64,000 nucleotides of DNA from Chthoniobacterales bacterium (GCA_038207335.1 JBBQZX010000010.1:96379-160378), one strand, 5' to 3'; counted from the first letter of the stretch, positions 9,532 to 20,916 are shown. Numbers and translations are program-made. Notes: generated by a model from the letters alone, not told the origin.

Positions 9532-12500
9532 ATGAAAAACCGCTCTTCTCAGCGCCTCGTTTTTGCGCTGGCCGTGGTGGCGATTTTGTCCGTTTGGCTG
9601 ACGCGACCGGCTCCGCAGCAAGTTGCGGAAAGCAAGGAGACGCAGCCTGTGGCGATCATGGCAGGCAGCGTTTCGCAGCCGAGCGCTGTGCGCGATTCCG
9701 CGCCGCAGGCGCCACCGCCGCGCGACGCTCCGTCGGCGAAGGCGCTGCCGCCGGATGCTGATCCGATCGCGCGTTTTGACGAATGGAGCGCGCGCTATCT
9801 TGCCGCGCCTGCGGAGAAGAAAGGCGCGCTGGTCACGGAAGGAGGGCGGCTGGCGGAGGCGCGGCGCGTGGAGATGAAAACGATCATTCCCGCCGATCCG
9901 AAACGCGCTCTGGATTCCGCGGTGCCGATGGTCGTGCTGCAGGCGTTGCCGGCGGCGATCGTCGCGCGGCTCGAGGAGCGGGTGAATGCGAACGCGTTTT
10001 ACGGCGTGCTCGGCGTGACGCCCGATCCCGACGCGCCCGCACTGGATGAGCCGCCGATCCGGCGCGAGGTGCGGCTCGATGATGGCACGCGCTACGAGGC
10101 ATATGTTTATGGCAAGCGGACGACGCAGCCGACGACCGAGCACGCGGATGTGAACGGCATCGCGATCGACAAGGTGATCGCGCTCGATGAGCGCCGCCTG
10201 CGCGTGCTCGAAGCGGGCGAGCGGCCCGATCTGGGCAAGGCTATTTTCTACGTCTGCCCGATCTCCGGGAAGACCGTCGTGGTGAAGAAAACCGATGACG
10301 GCGCACCGCCGCCGATCGACGCGAGCACGCCGGCGGTGGAGGTCGGCGGCGAAATTCATTACATCTGCGATTGCGGCCATATCCACGCGGTCGAGGAAGG
10401 GCTGGTCGCGGCGGAAGGCGGCAGCGGGCCGGTGAAGCCGACGGGCAGCATCGCGACTTCGCAGAGCACGGGCGTGCGCACGGTGCTCTACATGCGCGTC
10501 ACTTTTCCCGAGACGAATCTCCAGCCGCAGAGCGAAGCCGAGGCTTACGACCTGATGCGGCAGGTGAACGACTTCATGGTCGAGAGCAGTTACGGCTCGG
10601 TTTATCTGCTCACGACGGTGACGCCGCTGCTCGTCATGCCGCACTCGAAGGCGTGGTATGAAAGCGGCGGCGGCAGCGAATATGACGTGCGCTCCGATGC
10701 GCAGGCGGCGGCGCTCGCGCTCGGCTACGACTGGAATCAATACGATCACGACGTGACCGCCTACACAGGCGGGCCGGGAACTTTCAGCGGGCTCGGCTAT
10801 GTCGGGTCGAAAGGCATCTGGCTGCGCAGCCGTAGCGTCGGCGTGGCGGCGCACGAGTTCGGGCACAACTTCGGGCTGTGGCACGCGAATTTTTGGAACA
10901 CGAACGATAAGACCTCGATCGGCAGCGGCTCGAATCTGGAATACGGCAACAGCTTTGACACGATGGGGCCGGCGAACGCGGGCGATTATCACTTCAATGC
11001 TGCGCACAAAACGCGGCTCGACTGGCTCGCGCAGCAGACCTTTGTGACGCAGGTGACGCAGAGCGGCAGGTATCGGATTTTCGCGTTCGATCAGCCGCGG
11101 CTCGATCCGGCGAACCGTTATTCGATGCGGATTCGCAAGGACAGCCAGCGCGAATATTACGCGGAGTTCCGGCAGAAATCGTTCGGCGAAAATGCGTGGG
11201 TGCGCGACGGCATCCTGCTGAACTGGGCACCGTGGTCGGGCAGCAACGGCAGCAACGGCGGGTCGCAACTCATCGATACGACGCCGGGCACCCCGGGCGG
11301 GCGCACTGACGCGGCGATCACGATCGGGCGCACGTTCTCGGATTTCGAGAGCGGCATTCACATCACGCCGATTGGCAAAGGCGGCACGGTGCCGGAGTCG
11401 ATGGATGTCGTGGTGAACGTCGGCACATTTCCCGGCAATCGCCCGCCGACGCTGACGGTGAACGCGAGCGCGTCCAACGCCCCCTCGAACACGCCGATCA
11501 ATTTCACCGCGAACGCCAGCGACCCCGACGGCGACGCGCTGAGCTACGCGTGGGATTTTGGCGATAGCACTTTCAGCAACACGAACTCGCAGTCGGTCTC
11601 CAAAACGTGGGCGTCCGGCGACTACGTGGTGCGCTGCGTGGTTTCGGACATGAAGGGTCAGACCGCGAGCGATTCGGTGGCCGTGCATGTCGGCAACAAC
11701 ACGAACTTTCGCGTGAGCGGCAAAGTCACGCTCGGCGGGCAGCCGCTCGCCAACGTGATCGTGAGCACGAGCACGGGTTCCGTCGGCGCGATCACCGACA
11801 GCGACGGCACTTACACGATCGGCGGGCTTTACGCGCAGGACATTTCGCTCACCGCGACGCTCGGCGGCTACACGTTCACGCCGACTTTCACGAACCCGTT
11901 TCACACCGAGCCGACCGTCACGAACGCGGATTTCGTCGCGACGCAAACGCCGGTCGTCACGCTCACTGTGACCGATGCGGACTGCTCGGAAGCGGGCGGA
12001 AACACCGGCACGTTTCACCTCGCGCGCACCGGCTCGACGGCGGCGGCGTTGACCGTGAATTTCCTCACTTCGAGCGGCACGGCGACGAAGGGAACCGATT
12101 ATTCGCTCACGCCGTCGGTCAGTTATTTCGTGATCATGGCCGCGGGTCAGGCATCGGTCGATGTGGTGCTCACGCCGGTAAATGATGCGACTGGCGAAGG
12201 CCCCGAAACGGCGACGCTCGAAATGGCGCCGGGCAGCAGCTACGAGATCGCGGGCTCTGCTTCCGCGTCGATCGTCATTCAGGATAATGACACGACGCTG
12301 CCGGTCGTGAGCCTGCGCGTGACGGACGACGAAGCGCGCGAAACCGGCGACACCGCGGCCTTTCTCGTCTCTCGCACGGGCCCGACCACGAGCGCGCTCA
12401 CCGTGCATATCAGCACGGGCGGACAGGCGACGCCAGGCAGCGATTATGTGAGCATCGGCACGCAAGTCACGATCCCGGCGGGCGCTGTGTCCGCGCCGAT

Positions 12501-15500
12501 CGTCATCACGCCGCTCGACGACAATCTCGCGGAAGGGACGGAAACGGTGCAGGTCGATCTCGTCGCGAATGCCGCTTACATCCTCACGCCGGACAACGCC
12601 GGACTCGAGGGCACGATCAATCTCGTGGACGACGACATCGCGACGATCACGGTCACCGCTGGCGACGACGTCGCGTATGAATCGGGCAACGATCCCGCGA
12701 CCTTCGTCGTCACGCGCACCGGCAGCACCGCACAGCCGCTCACGGTGGATTATGCGCTCGGCGGCAGCGCGGCGCACGGCGTCGATTACGCCGCGCTGCC
12801 CGGCGTCCTGACGATTCCCGCCGGATCGACTGTCGGCAGCGTGACCGTCGTGCCGAAAAACGACGCGTTCGGCGAGCCGCAGCAAACCGTATCGCTGCAA
12901 CTCCGCGGCAAGGCGACCTACGTCGTCGGCGAGCCGGGCAACGCGACCGTCACAATCACCGACAGCAGCGACCCGCCCGTGGTCGCAATCGGCGTGAGCG
13001 ATGGCGACGCGGGCGAGCCTTTGTCGCCCGGAAAGTTCAAGTTCACGACCACCGGCACGGGCACGGGAAACATCACGATTCACTACACCGTGACCGGCAC
13101 CGCGACGCCCGGCGCGGATTACGTCGCGCTCCCCGGCACGCTCAGCATGGGCCGCAACACGACCGCGGAAATCACCGTCACGCCGATCGACGACAACGTA
13201 CCGGAGGGATTCGAAACCGTTGTGGTTACAATTGATCCCAACCCTGCCTACACGTCGTTTCTCGACACGAGTGCGACGATGAATCTCGTCGATGACGACC
13301 AGCCGGTGGTCAGCATTTCCACAACCAACTCCTCCTTTTCCGAAAACGGCGCGCAGGCAAATTTCTGGTTCTCGCGCGCGGGCTCCACGGTCTCCGCGCT
13401 GACCGTGAACTACACGCTCAGCGGCACCGCGACGAACGGCGCCGATTACGTTTCGCTGCCCGGCACGATCACGATCCCGGCGGGCGCTGGCGGAGTCGCG
13501 CTCAACGTCACGCCGATCGACGACACGCTGAAGGAAGGCACGGAAACGCTCGTGCTCACGATCGCGCCGGGCGCTTACGGCGTCGGCCTCGGCAGCGCGA
13601 AGTATTACCTCGCCGACAACGATTCGCCCGCGGTGCAGGTGCGATTTTCCACCTCGACCGGCAGCGGCAGCGAGAGCGCCGGCACGGTGAATGTGCCCGT
13701 CGTTTTGAGCGCGGTCGCGGCGGTGCCGGTGACGGTCGAATACGCGATCGGGGGCGGCACGGCGACGGGCGGGATCGACTATTCGCTCACGCCGACCGTG
13801 CTCACTTTCGCGCCCGGCGAGTATTCGAAAACGATCCCGCTGACGATCCTGGAAGATGACACCGTCGAACCGAACGAGACGGTTTTCGTGCGCTTGCTAA
13901 ATGCGAACGGCTCTGGGCTCGGCCCGAACACTTACACCTTCACGATCAACGACGACGACGCGCCGCCCGCGCCGACCGTCGGCTTCGCGGCGACGGGCGC
14001 GACCGGACTGGAATCGGTATCGCCCGCGCAAATCGTCGTCTCGCTGAGCGCGGCGCAAAGCGGGAGCGTGAGCGTCGATTACGCCATCACCACCGAGACC
14101 GGCGGCACGGCGACGAGCGGCGCGGACTTCACGCTCGCGGCCGGCACGCTGGTTTTCGCGCCCGGCGAGACGGCGAAGATCGTGCCGAACACCATCGTCA
14201 ACGACACCACGCCGGAGCCGAGCGAAACGCTCGCGCTCACGCTCAGCAATGCGGTCGGCGCGGGCCTCGGCGCGAACACGTTGTTCACTTACACGATCAT
14301 CGACGACGACGCGGCGACGCTCACGATCACCGCCGCCGATCCGACTGCGAGCGAGTCCGGCGATACGGGCAGCTTCACGCTCACGCGCACCGGCGTGCTC
14401 ACGTCGGCGCTCACCGCGAACCTCACGATCGCTGGCACCGCGACGAACAGCACCGATTACGTGAGCATCCCGGCGACGGTCGCCTTCGCCGCAAACTCCG
14501 CGACGGCCACGATCGTCGTCGCGCCGATCGCGGACAGCTTTCCCGAAGCCGATGAAACGGTCGTCGTCGCGCTCGCAAATGGCGCGGGTTACACCGTCGG
14601 CAATCCGGCCAGCGCGACCGTCACGATTCTCGACGAGAACGAATCGAACGCGGCACCGACGCTCACGCTGCAACGTCCCGCGATCAACGACATCGCGATC
14701 CCCAGCGGTGTCGGATTGATTCTGAAAGCCACGGCCAGCGACGACGGTCACCCGCTGGTGCCGGGCGCGCTGACCGTCGCGTGGACGCGCGTGAGCGGGC
14801 CGGGCGCGGTGACTTTTGGAAACGCCGCCACCGCGAACACGACCGCGATTTTCTCCGCGGATGGCGCCTATGTTTTGCGGCTCACCGCGAGCGACGGCGC
14901 GCTCGAAAGCACGCTCGATCTCGCCGTGAATGTCGGCGCGAGCGCGCAACCGTGGACGAGTGAGGACATCGGCGGCGCGACGCCCTCGGGCAGCGATTCG
15001 GAAAGCGGCGGCACATTCACCGTGCGCGGCGGTGGCACGAACATCTCGGGCACGAGCGATCAATTTCACCTCGTCTCGCAGACGCTGATCGGCGACGGCA
15101 CGATCACCGCCCGCGTCGTGAGCATGACCGGCGGCGGCAATTCCGCGAAAGCCGGCGTGATGCTACGCAACGCCACCGCCGCCAATTCGCGCGCCGCATT
15201 CGCGTCGTCGTATCTGCCGACAAGCCCGAATGGCGCGAACACTTTCCGCACGCGCGCGACCGACGGCGCGAGCTTCAACACGACCACGACGAGCGGCACC
15301 GCGAGCTATCCGATGTGGTTGCGCGTCGTCCGCAGCGGCGACAATTTTTCAGGCTTCACCTCGCCCGATGGCCAGACGTGGACGCAAGTCGGCGCGTCGC
15401 GGACGGTCTCCATGAGCGCGCCGCTGCTCGCCGGCCTCGCCGTCACGTCGAACAACACGAGCGCGCTCTGCACCGCCGTCTTCGACAACGTGACAATCAC

Positions 15501-16506
15501 CAACGGCCCGCCGAATCTCGGCCCGCTCGTCAATGCCGGAGCGGATGTGGCCGTCAGTTTCCCCACGCCCGCGCCGCTCGCTGGCAGCATCAGCGACGAC
15601 GGCAAACCGCTGCCCGCGAACCTCACGAGCACTTGGCAAACGGTCAGCGGTCCGGGCGAAGTCGGCTTTGCAAATCCGAACGCCGCAAGCACCACGGCGA
15701 CGTTCGACGTGCCCGGCACCTATCTCCTGCGCCTCGTCGCGGACGACGGCGAAGTGGCGACGTTCGACGACGTGCACGTATCGACCGTCGCGCCGACCGT
15801 CACCGTCGTCGCCACCGACGACACCGCCACGGAGGTCGGCCCGACGACGGGCACATTTACTATCTCGCGCACCGGCCACACCGCCTCCGCGCTCGTCGTC
15901 CGCTTCACCCAAGGCGGCACTGCCGAGGTCGATGACGACTACATTTCCGTGGGCAGCCAAGTCACGATCCCGAGCGGTGCGGCAAGTGCGGAAGTCGTCG
16001 TGACGCCGAACACCGACACCACCGCGGAAGGCGACGAAGCGGTGACGCTCATCCTCGCGACCGATCCCGCATACGTGATCGGCACCAGCGACACCGCGAC
16101 CGTCACGATCACCGACGCACCAATGGACGCCTGGCGCTTCGCACACTTCGGCGCAGCCGCAAACGACCCGCTCATTTCTGGCGACAGCGCGAACCCCGAC
16201 GGCGACGGGTTGGTCAATCTCCTCGAGCGTGCCCTCGCCTCCGACCCTCTCACGAATGACGCCAGCGCGCTCCCCGTTTTCGCCCTCGAAGGAACCGACG
16301 CGACCCTCACCTATCGCCGCCCAGCATCCGCCGCCGACCTGACTTACACCTTGGAAACATGGAGCGCTCCCGACGGTTGGAGTGCCATCCCTTTCACCGA
16401 AGAAATCCTCACCGACGACGGCACCACGCGCAGCGTGAAAGTCCGCATCCCTCTCAATGGGGCAACCACGATGATGCTGCATTTGAGAGTCATTCGCACT
16501 CCCTAG
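9532..16506 (+). CDS. Giant exported metzincin (M11/M6-like) with PKD domains, ~9 Calx-beta repeats, a ConA-like domain and a C-terminal DxDGDG domain
   Basis: HEFGHNFGLWH zinc motif and EYGNSFDTMG Met-turn; DPDGDALSYAWDFGD (PKD); repeated GTAT.G.DY...I.DDD units; AKAGVMLR/WLRVVRSG beta-sandwich. ATG 9532 precedes a hydrophobic N-terminus. Confidence 0.88.
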   Translation: MKNRSSQRLVFALAVVAILSVWLTRPAPQQVAESKETQPVAIMAGSVSQPSAVRDSAPQAPPPRDAPSAKALPPDADPIARFDEWSARYLAAPAEKKGALVTEGGRLAEARRVEMKTIIPADPKRALDSAVPMVVLQALPAAIVARLEERVNANAFYGVLGVTPDPDAPALDEPPIRREVRLDDGTRYEAYVYGKRTTQPTTEHADVNGIAIDKVIALDERRLRVLEAGERPDLGKAIFYVCPISGKTVVVKKTDDGAPPPIDASTPAVEVGGEIHYICDCGHIHAVEEGLVAAEGGSGPVKPTGSIATSQSTGVRTVLYMRVTFPETNLQPQSEAEAYDLMRQVNDFMVESSYGSVYLLTTVTPLLVMPHSKAWYESGGGSEYDVRSDAQAAALALGYDWNQYDHDVTAYTGGPGTFSGLGYVGSKGIWLRSRSVGVAAHEFGHNFGLWHANFWNTNDKTSIGSGSNLEYGNSFDTMGPANAGDYHFNAAHKTRLDWLAQQTFVTQVTQSGRYRIFAFDQPRLDPANRYSMRIRKDSQREYYAEFRQKSFGENAWVRDGILLNWAPWSGSNGSNGGSQLIDTTPGTPGGRTDAAITIGRTFSDFESGIHITPIGKGGTVPESMDVVVNVGTFPGNRPPTLTVNASASNAPSNTPINFTANASDPDGDALSYAWDFGDSTFSNTNSQSVSKTWASGDYVVRCVVSDMKGQTASDSVAVHVGNNTNFRVSGKVTLGGQPLANVIVSTSTGSVGAITDSDGTYTIGGLYAQDISLTATLGGYTFTPTFTNPFHTEPTVTNADFVATQTPVVTLTVTDADCSEAGGNTGTFHLARTGSTAAALTVNFLTSSGTATKGTDYSLTPSVSYFVIMAAGQASVDVVLTPVNDATGEGPETATLEMAPGSSYEIAGSASASIVIQDNDTTLPVVSLRVTDDEARETGDTAAFLVSRTGPTTSALTVHISTGGQATPGSDYVSIGTQVTIPAGAVSAPIVITPLDDNLAEGTETVQVDLVANAAYILTPDNAGLEGTINLVDDDIATITVTAGDDVAYESGNDPATFVVTRTGSTAQPLTVDYALGGSAAHGVDYAALPGVLTIPAGSTVGSVTVVPKNDAFGEPQQTVSLQLRGKATYVVGEPGNATVTITDSSDPPVVAIGVSDGDAGEPLSPGKFKFTTTGTGTGNITIHYTVTGTATPGADYVALPGTLSMGRNTTAEITVTPIDDNVPEGFETVVVTIDPNPAYTSFLDTSATMNLVDDDQPVVSISTTNSSFSENGAQANFWFSRAGSTVSALTVNYTLSGTATNGADYVSLPGTITIPAGAGGVALNVTPIDDTLKEGTETLVLTIAPGAYGVGLGSAKYYLADNDSPAVQVRFSTSTGSGSESAGTVNVPVVLSAVAAVPVTVEYAIGGGTATGGIDYSLTPTVLTFAPGEYSKTIPLTILEDDTVEPNETVFVRLLNANGSGLGPNTYTFTINDDDAPPAPTVGFAATGATGLESVSPAQIVVSLSAAQSGSVSVDYAITTETGGTATSGADFTLAAGTLVFAPGETAKIVPNTIVNDTTPEPSETLALTLSNAVGAGLGANTLFTYTIIDDDAATLTITAADPTASESGDTGSFTLTRTGVLTSALTANLTIAGTATNSTDYVSIPATVAFAANSATATIVVAPIADSFPEADETVVVALANGAGYTVGNPASATVTILDENESNAAPTLTLQRPAINDIAIPSGVGLILKATASDDGHPLVPGALTVAWTRVSGPGAVTFGNAATANTTAIFSADGAYVLRLTASDGALESTLDLAVNVGASAQPWTSEDIGGATPSGSDSESGGTFTVRGGGTNISGTSDQFHLVSQTLIGDGTITARVVSMTGGGNSAKAGVMLRNATAANSRAAFASSYLPTSPNGANTFRTRATDGASFNTTTTSGTASYPMWLRVVRSGDNFSGFTSPDGQTWTQVGASRTVSMSAPLLAGLAVTSNNTSALCTAVFDNVTITNGPPNLGPLVNAGADVAVSFPTPAPLAGSISDDGKPLPANLTSTWQTVSGPGEVGFANPNAASTTATFDVPGTYLLRLVADDGEVATFDDVHVSTVAPTVTVVATDDTATEVGPTTGTFTISRTGHTASALVVRFTQGGTAEVDDDYISVGSQVTIPSGAASAEVVVTPNTDTTAEGDEAVTLILATDPAYVIGTSDTATVTITDAPMDAWRFAHFGAAANDPLISGDSANPDGDGLVNLLERALASDPLTNDASALPVFALEGTDATLTYRRPASAADLTYTLETWSAPDGWSAIPFTEEILTDDGTTRSVKVRIPLNGATTMMLHLRVIRTP

Positions 16507-16547
16507 GGCCGCGAGCTTGCCCGGTGAGTGCCATTCGCTATGGCGCG

Positions 16548-16781
16548 TCAGAACTCCCCGTTGCCGTTGCGCTTTCCGACTTCGCCGAGGACTTGGCGCG
16601 TGCGGTCGAGCGGCCGCTTCAGCGCGTTGGTTTGCGGGAGCGGCGCGTTTTCCTGCGGGGCTTTCGTGAGCGGCGCGAGTTCCGGTGCCTCCATCGTTTT
16701 CGTCACCTCCGCGACCGGCGAGGCGCGGACGAACATGAAGTAAACCACCGCAAGGGTGACCATGAGCACGAGGTATTTCAT
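16548..16781 (-). CDS. Small membrane-anchored hypothetical protein (77 aa)
   Basis: MKYLVLMVTLAVVYFMFVR hydrophobic start, then a soluble tail (ALKRPLDRTRQVL); fills the gap between neighbours. Confidence 0.65.
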   Translation of the reverse strand: MKYLVLMVTLAVVYFMFVRASPVAEVTKTMEAPELAPLTKAPQENAPLPQTNALKRPLDRTRQVLGEVGKRNGNGEF

Positions 16782-16819
16782 GCTTGCGATGAAAGCAGGC
16801 GGTGCGCCACAGGGGCGCA

Positions 16820-17923
16820 GTGAAAATCGCGATCGTTCACTACTCGGCACCCCCGGTGATCGGCGGCGTGGAGACAATCGTGGCAGAGCACGCGCGGCTT
16901 TTCGCGGAACATGGGCATGAAGTCCGAATTCTTTGTCAGCGCGGCGCGGGAGGCAATCCGCGGGTGCGGGTCGAGGTAGTCGCAGACGCGGAGACGCTCT
17001 CCTCGAGGCTCGCGGAAATGGACGTGGTGTTCCTTCACAATGTGCTGACCATGCCGTTCGATGCGGCTTGGACGGCGGCGTTGTGGGAGTTCGCGGAGCG
17101 GCACCCGGCAGTGCGCTGCATCGCGTGGATTCACGATCTCGCGGCACGCAATCCCGACTACACGGTCGCGCCAGCCGACCTCATCGCGTTGGCCTGCCCG
17201 CATTTCGAATATGTCGCGATTTCCGAGCACCGCAGGCGGCAGTTCGAAACGCTCACGGGCACGACGGCCACAGTCATTCCGAACGCCATCGATCCAGCCC
17301 GGTCGCTCGGCCTGAGCGGCAATATCACCTCAATCGCGGAACCGCATCGACTGCTCGCACGGGACATCGTCTTGCTGCACCCGGCGCGACTTTTGCAGCG
17401 CAAAAATGTGGAACTAAGTCTGCGCGTGCTCGCCGCGCTGCGGTCGCGAGGATGCGATGCGTGCCTGCTCGTCACCGGCCCGCCAGATAGCCACCACCCT
17501 GCATCTGCGGCCTACGCTGAGGAGCTTCGCGCGCTTCGGGACGATCTGGCACTCGCCGCCGACGCCATTTTTCTCCACGACTTTTTCGCAGTCTTCGAGG
17601 CGGACATGCGCGGCCTTTTCGCCATCTCAGACGCCCTCTTTTTTCCCAGCAAGCAGGAGGGCTTCGGCCTCCCGATCCTGGAGGCTGCGCTGCATCGACT
17701 CCCGATTTTCTGCGCGAACATCGAGCCGCTCACGAGCCTCGCAGGCGGCGCGGCGCACTCGTTTCCTCTCGATGCCGAGCCGTCTGAAATCGCGGCGCAA
17801 ATCGCAGATACGCTGGCCCTTTCTCCCGAATGGAGGGCGCGGAAAGCCGTCACGCGCGATTCCTCTTGGAGTGCGATCTACGACAAATTCCTCGCGCCGC
17901 TTCTCACCCCGACCGCATCCTGA
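16820..17923 (+). CDS. Glycosyltransferase family 4 (MggS-like)
   Basis: [13 protein letters not shown]-terminus, [26 protein letters not shown]. Confidence 0.85.
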   Translation: MKIAIVHYSAPPVIGGVETIVAEHARLFAEHGHEVRILCQRGAGGNPRVRVEVVADAETLSSRLAEMDVVFLHNVLTMPFDAAWTAALWEFAERHPAVRCIAWIHDLAARNPDYTVAPADLIALACPHFEYVAISEHRRRQFETLTGTTATVIPNAIDPARSLGLSGNITSIAEPHRLLARDIVLLHPARLLQRKNVELSLRVLAALRSRGCDACLLVTGPPDSHHPASAAYAEELRALRDDLALAADAIFLHDFFAVFEADMRGLFAISDALFFPSKQEGFGLPILEAALHRLPIFCANIEPLTSLAGGAAHSFPLDAEPSEIAAQIADTLALSPEWRARKAVTRDSSWSAIYDKFLAPLLTPTAS

Positions 17924-17931
17924 CGATTCCC

Positions 17932-20142
17932 ATGAAACTCTCCACATTCGCTCCGACCATCGACGACGGCAGCCTGCACGCGATTCTGCGGGCCGATCAC
18001 GGCGATCCGTTCGGCGTGCTGGGGATGCATGAGGCCGGCGGCAAATTGGTCGTTCGCGTTTTCCGGCCCGATGCCTCCGAGGTCGCGATCGAGCGAGTCA
18101 GCGACGGCACGCTTTTTCCCGCGATTCGCGTGAATCCCGATGGCTTTTTCGAGGCTGGACTCACTGGCGTCGACGAGCGGTTCGATTACGCACTGAAACT
18201 TAAGACGCACGACGGCCACGAGTGGAGTGAGCGCGATCCGTATTCGTTCGGCGTGCTGCTCGGGCAACTCGACTTGCATCTTTTCGGAGAGGGAAATCAC
18301 TTCGAGATTTACAACAAACTCGGCGCGCATTTGCGAGAGGTCGGCGGTGTGCGCGGCACGACTTTTCACGTCTGGGCTCCGAATGCGCAGCGCGTCAGCG
18401 TCGTCGGCGATTTCAACCGTTGGGATGGCCGCGTGCATCCGATGCGGAAACTGCTCGGCTGCGGCGTCTGGGAGATTTTCCTGCCCGGCGTGGAGGAAGG
18501 GACGCACTACAAATTCGAGCTCAAACAATCGCACGGTGGGATCGCGGTGAAGAGCGACCCGTTCGCCTTTTTCGCGCAGCACGGGACGAAGACGGCGTCG
18601 CTGGTTTTCGATCTGCACCGCTACTCGTGGAGTGACGCGAAGTGGATGGAGGTGCGGTCCAAAACCGATTGGCTGAAACGGCCCGTGAGCGTTTACGAAG
18701 TCCACCTCGGCTCGTGGCAGCGCAAGATCGAGGAAGACAACCGCTTTCTCAGCTACCGCGAACTCGCCGACACGCTCATTCCTTACGTGCTCGATCTTGG
18801 CTACACGCACATCGAGTTGATGCCCGTCGCGGAGCATCCGTTCGAGGGGTCGTGGGGTTATCAGGTCACCGGTTACTTCGCACCGACGAGCCGCTTTGGA
18901 AATCCCGACGAGTTCCGATATTTCGTGGATCGCTGCCATCAGGTGGGCATCGGCATCATCCTCGATTGGGTGCCCGGGCATTTTCCAAAAGATGCGCACG
19001 GCCTCGCGGAATTCGACGGCACCGATCTTTATGAACACGCCGATCCGCGGCTCGGCGAGCACATGGACTGGGGCACGCTCATCCCAAATTTCGGCCGCAA
19101 CGAAGTCCGAAATTTCTTCATCGCGAACGCGCTTTTCTGGCTCGAGCAATACCACATCGACGGGCTGCGCGTGGATGCCGTCGCGTCGATGCTTTACCTC
19201 GACTACTCGCGGAAGGCCGACGAGTGGCTGCCGAATATCCACGGTGGCCGCGAAAACCTCGAGGCCGTGCATTTTCTCAAACGCTTCAACGAAGTGGCCT
19301 ACGAGCGCTTCCCCGGCATCATGACCATCGCCGAGGAATCGACTTCATGGCCGGGGGTCTCGCGGCCCACGTACCTCGGCGGGCTCGGCTTCGGCTTCAA
19401 ATGGAACATGGGCTGGATGCACGACTTCCTCCAATACATGGAGAAGGATCCGGCCTTCCGAAAATACCATCAGCACGACGTCACGTTCTCGCTCGTGTAT
19501 GCCTTCCACGAGCACTTCGTCCTCGTGCTCAGCCACGATGAGGTCGTGCATGGCAAAGGCTCGCTCATCGAGAAAATGCCCGGCGACGTGTGGCAGAAAT
19601 TTGCGAACCTGCGGATGTTTTACGCGTGGATGTATGCGCATCCGGGGAAAAAGCTGCTCTTCATGGGCCAGGAATTTGGCCAGTGGCGCGAGTGGAATCA
19701 CAACCAGTCGCTCGACTGGCATCTCAACGAATGGCCCGAGCACGACGGCCTCCGCCGACTCGTGCAGCACCTGAACTTCGTCTATAAGAATGAGCCCGCG
19801 CTCTTCGATCTCGACGACACCTACGAGGGCTTCGAGTGGATCGACTTCCACGACAGCGACAACTCTGTGGTCGCATTCAAGCGTAAATCGCGCGCTGGAG
19901 ATGTGCTCGTTTTCGTCGTGAATGCCACACCCGTCATCCGCGAGGCATATCGTGTCGGGGTGAACGGCGAGGGCTTTTACGAGGAGATCATCAACACCGA
20001 CGCGCAGACGTACGGCGGGGGAAACGTGGGGAACTGCGGCGGTGTGTGGGCCGAGCCAATCCCATGGCAGGGCAAGTCTCACTCGCTCCTCCTGCGCCTC
20101 CCGCCGCTCGCTGTGACGGGTTTCAAGCGGCGTGCTGGTTGA
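17932..20142 (+). CDS. glgB: 1,4-alpha-glucan branching enzyme
   Basis: [64 protein letters not shown]. Confidence 0.97.
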   Translation: MKLSTFAPTIDDGSLHAILRADHGDPFGVLGMHEAGGKLVVRVFRPDASEVAIERVSDGTLFPAIRVNPDGFFEAGLTGVDERFDYALKLKTHDGHEWSERDPYSFGVLLGQLDLHLFGEGNHFEIYNKLGAHLREVGGVRGTTFHVWAPNAQRVSVVGDFNRWDGRVHPMRKLLGCGVWEIFLPGVEEGTHYKFELKQSHGGIAVKSDPFAFFAQHGTKTASLVFDLHRYSWSDAKWMEVRSKTDWLKRPVSVYEVHLGSWQRKIEEDNRFLSYRELADTLIPYVLDLGYTHIELMPVAEHPFEGSWGYQVTGYFAPTSRFGNPDEFRYFVDRCHQVGIGIILDWVPGHFPKDAHGLAEFDGTDLYEHADPRLGEHMDWGTLIPNFGRNEVRNFFIANALFWLEQYHIDGLRVDAVASMLYLDYSRKADEWLPNIHGGRENLEAVHFLKRFNEVAYERFPGIMTIAEESTSWPGVSRPTYLGGLGFGFKWNMGWMHDFLQYMEKDPAFRKYHQHDVTFSLVYAFHEHFVLVLSHDEVVHGKGSLIEKMPGDVWQKFANLRMFYAWMYAHPGKKLLFMGQEFGQWREWNHNQSLDWHLNEWPEHDGLRRLVQHLNFVYKNEPALFDLDDTYEGFEWIDFHDSDNSVVAFKRKSRAGDVLVFVVNATPVIREAYRVGVNGEGFYEEIINTDAQTYGGGNVGNCGGVWAEPIPWQGKSHSLLLRLPPLAVTGFKRRAG

Positions 20143-20235
20143 GAAAAATTATCGCCCTGCGCGAGGAATATTAGATTGCTCCGCTCGAAGATTTTTGTAA
20201 ATTCACTGCCCTTCTCAATCCCCACCAACCTCTCC

Positions 20236-20916
20236 ATGAAAATCTCAAAGTCCCAAGCGTTCACTCTCATCGAACTGCTGGTCGTCATCTCGATCATCGC
20301 CATCCTCGCCGGCATCGCGCTCCCGGTCTTCAGTCAAGTGCAGGTGAAGGGTGCGCAGACCAAGGCGCTCTCGAATGCCAAGCAAATCGGCCTCGCCTGC
20401 CGCCTCTACGCGGACGACCACAACGGCAATTACCCGACCTATAAACTCGACAACAACGACAAGGAAACGGCGAACAAAGTGTCCGACTCGAACGAGGCGT
20501 TTGGAAACCTTATTCCCGATTACGTTCAGACCGAGCAGATCTTTTTCGTCCCGAAGTCGGCTTTCACAAAGGTCCCGCCCGATGAGAAGTTCACCAGCGG
20601 CCAGAAGCTGACCACCGGTGAAAATCATTTCGCGCTCGTTCAGGGCCTTGGCACGACCTCGCCTTCCACCTATCCGTTGATCGCCGACGGATTTTCGAGC
20701 GAGAGTGGTCACACCTACACGGACAACGAGTCGGCAAAAGGCGGCGTTTGGAAAGGTAAGAAAGCGATCATCATTAAGGCGGACAACAGTGGCGTCATTG
20801 AGAAGCTCAACAAGCAATTCAAAGTGCCGGGCAGCCCCAATGGCAATGACCTCTTCGACAACAGCGGCCAGCAGGACTGGATGGGCAGCGACAACACGGT
20901 CGTGAATCCGAAGTAG
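20236..20916 (+). CDS. Prepilin-type N-terminal cleavage/methylation domain protein
   Basis: KSQA|FTLIELLVVISIIAILAGIALP followed by SNAKQIGLACRLYADD. Confidence 0.9.
   Translation: MKISKSQAFTLIELLVVISIIAILAGIALPVFSQVQVKGAQTKALSNAKQIGLACRLYADDHNGNYPTYKLDNNDKETANKVSDSNEAFGNLIPDYVQTEQIFFVPKSAFTKVPPDEKFTSGQKLTTGENHFALVQGLGTTSPSTYPLIADGFSSESGHTYTDNESAKGGVWKGKKAIIIKADNSGVIEKLNKQFKVPGSPNGNDLFDNSGQQDWMGSDNTVVNPK

Noticed and set aside
9466..13083. 1205-aa minus-strand ORF antisense to the giant protease
   Set aside because: Arg/His-rich mirror translation typical of GC-rich genes; no recognisable domain.
4940..16506. tRNA-anchored genomic island
   Set aside because: No integrase, no duplicated tRNA 3' end seen, and the accessory genes lie on the tRNA 5' side.
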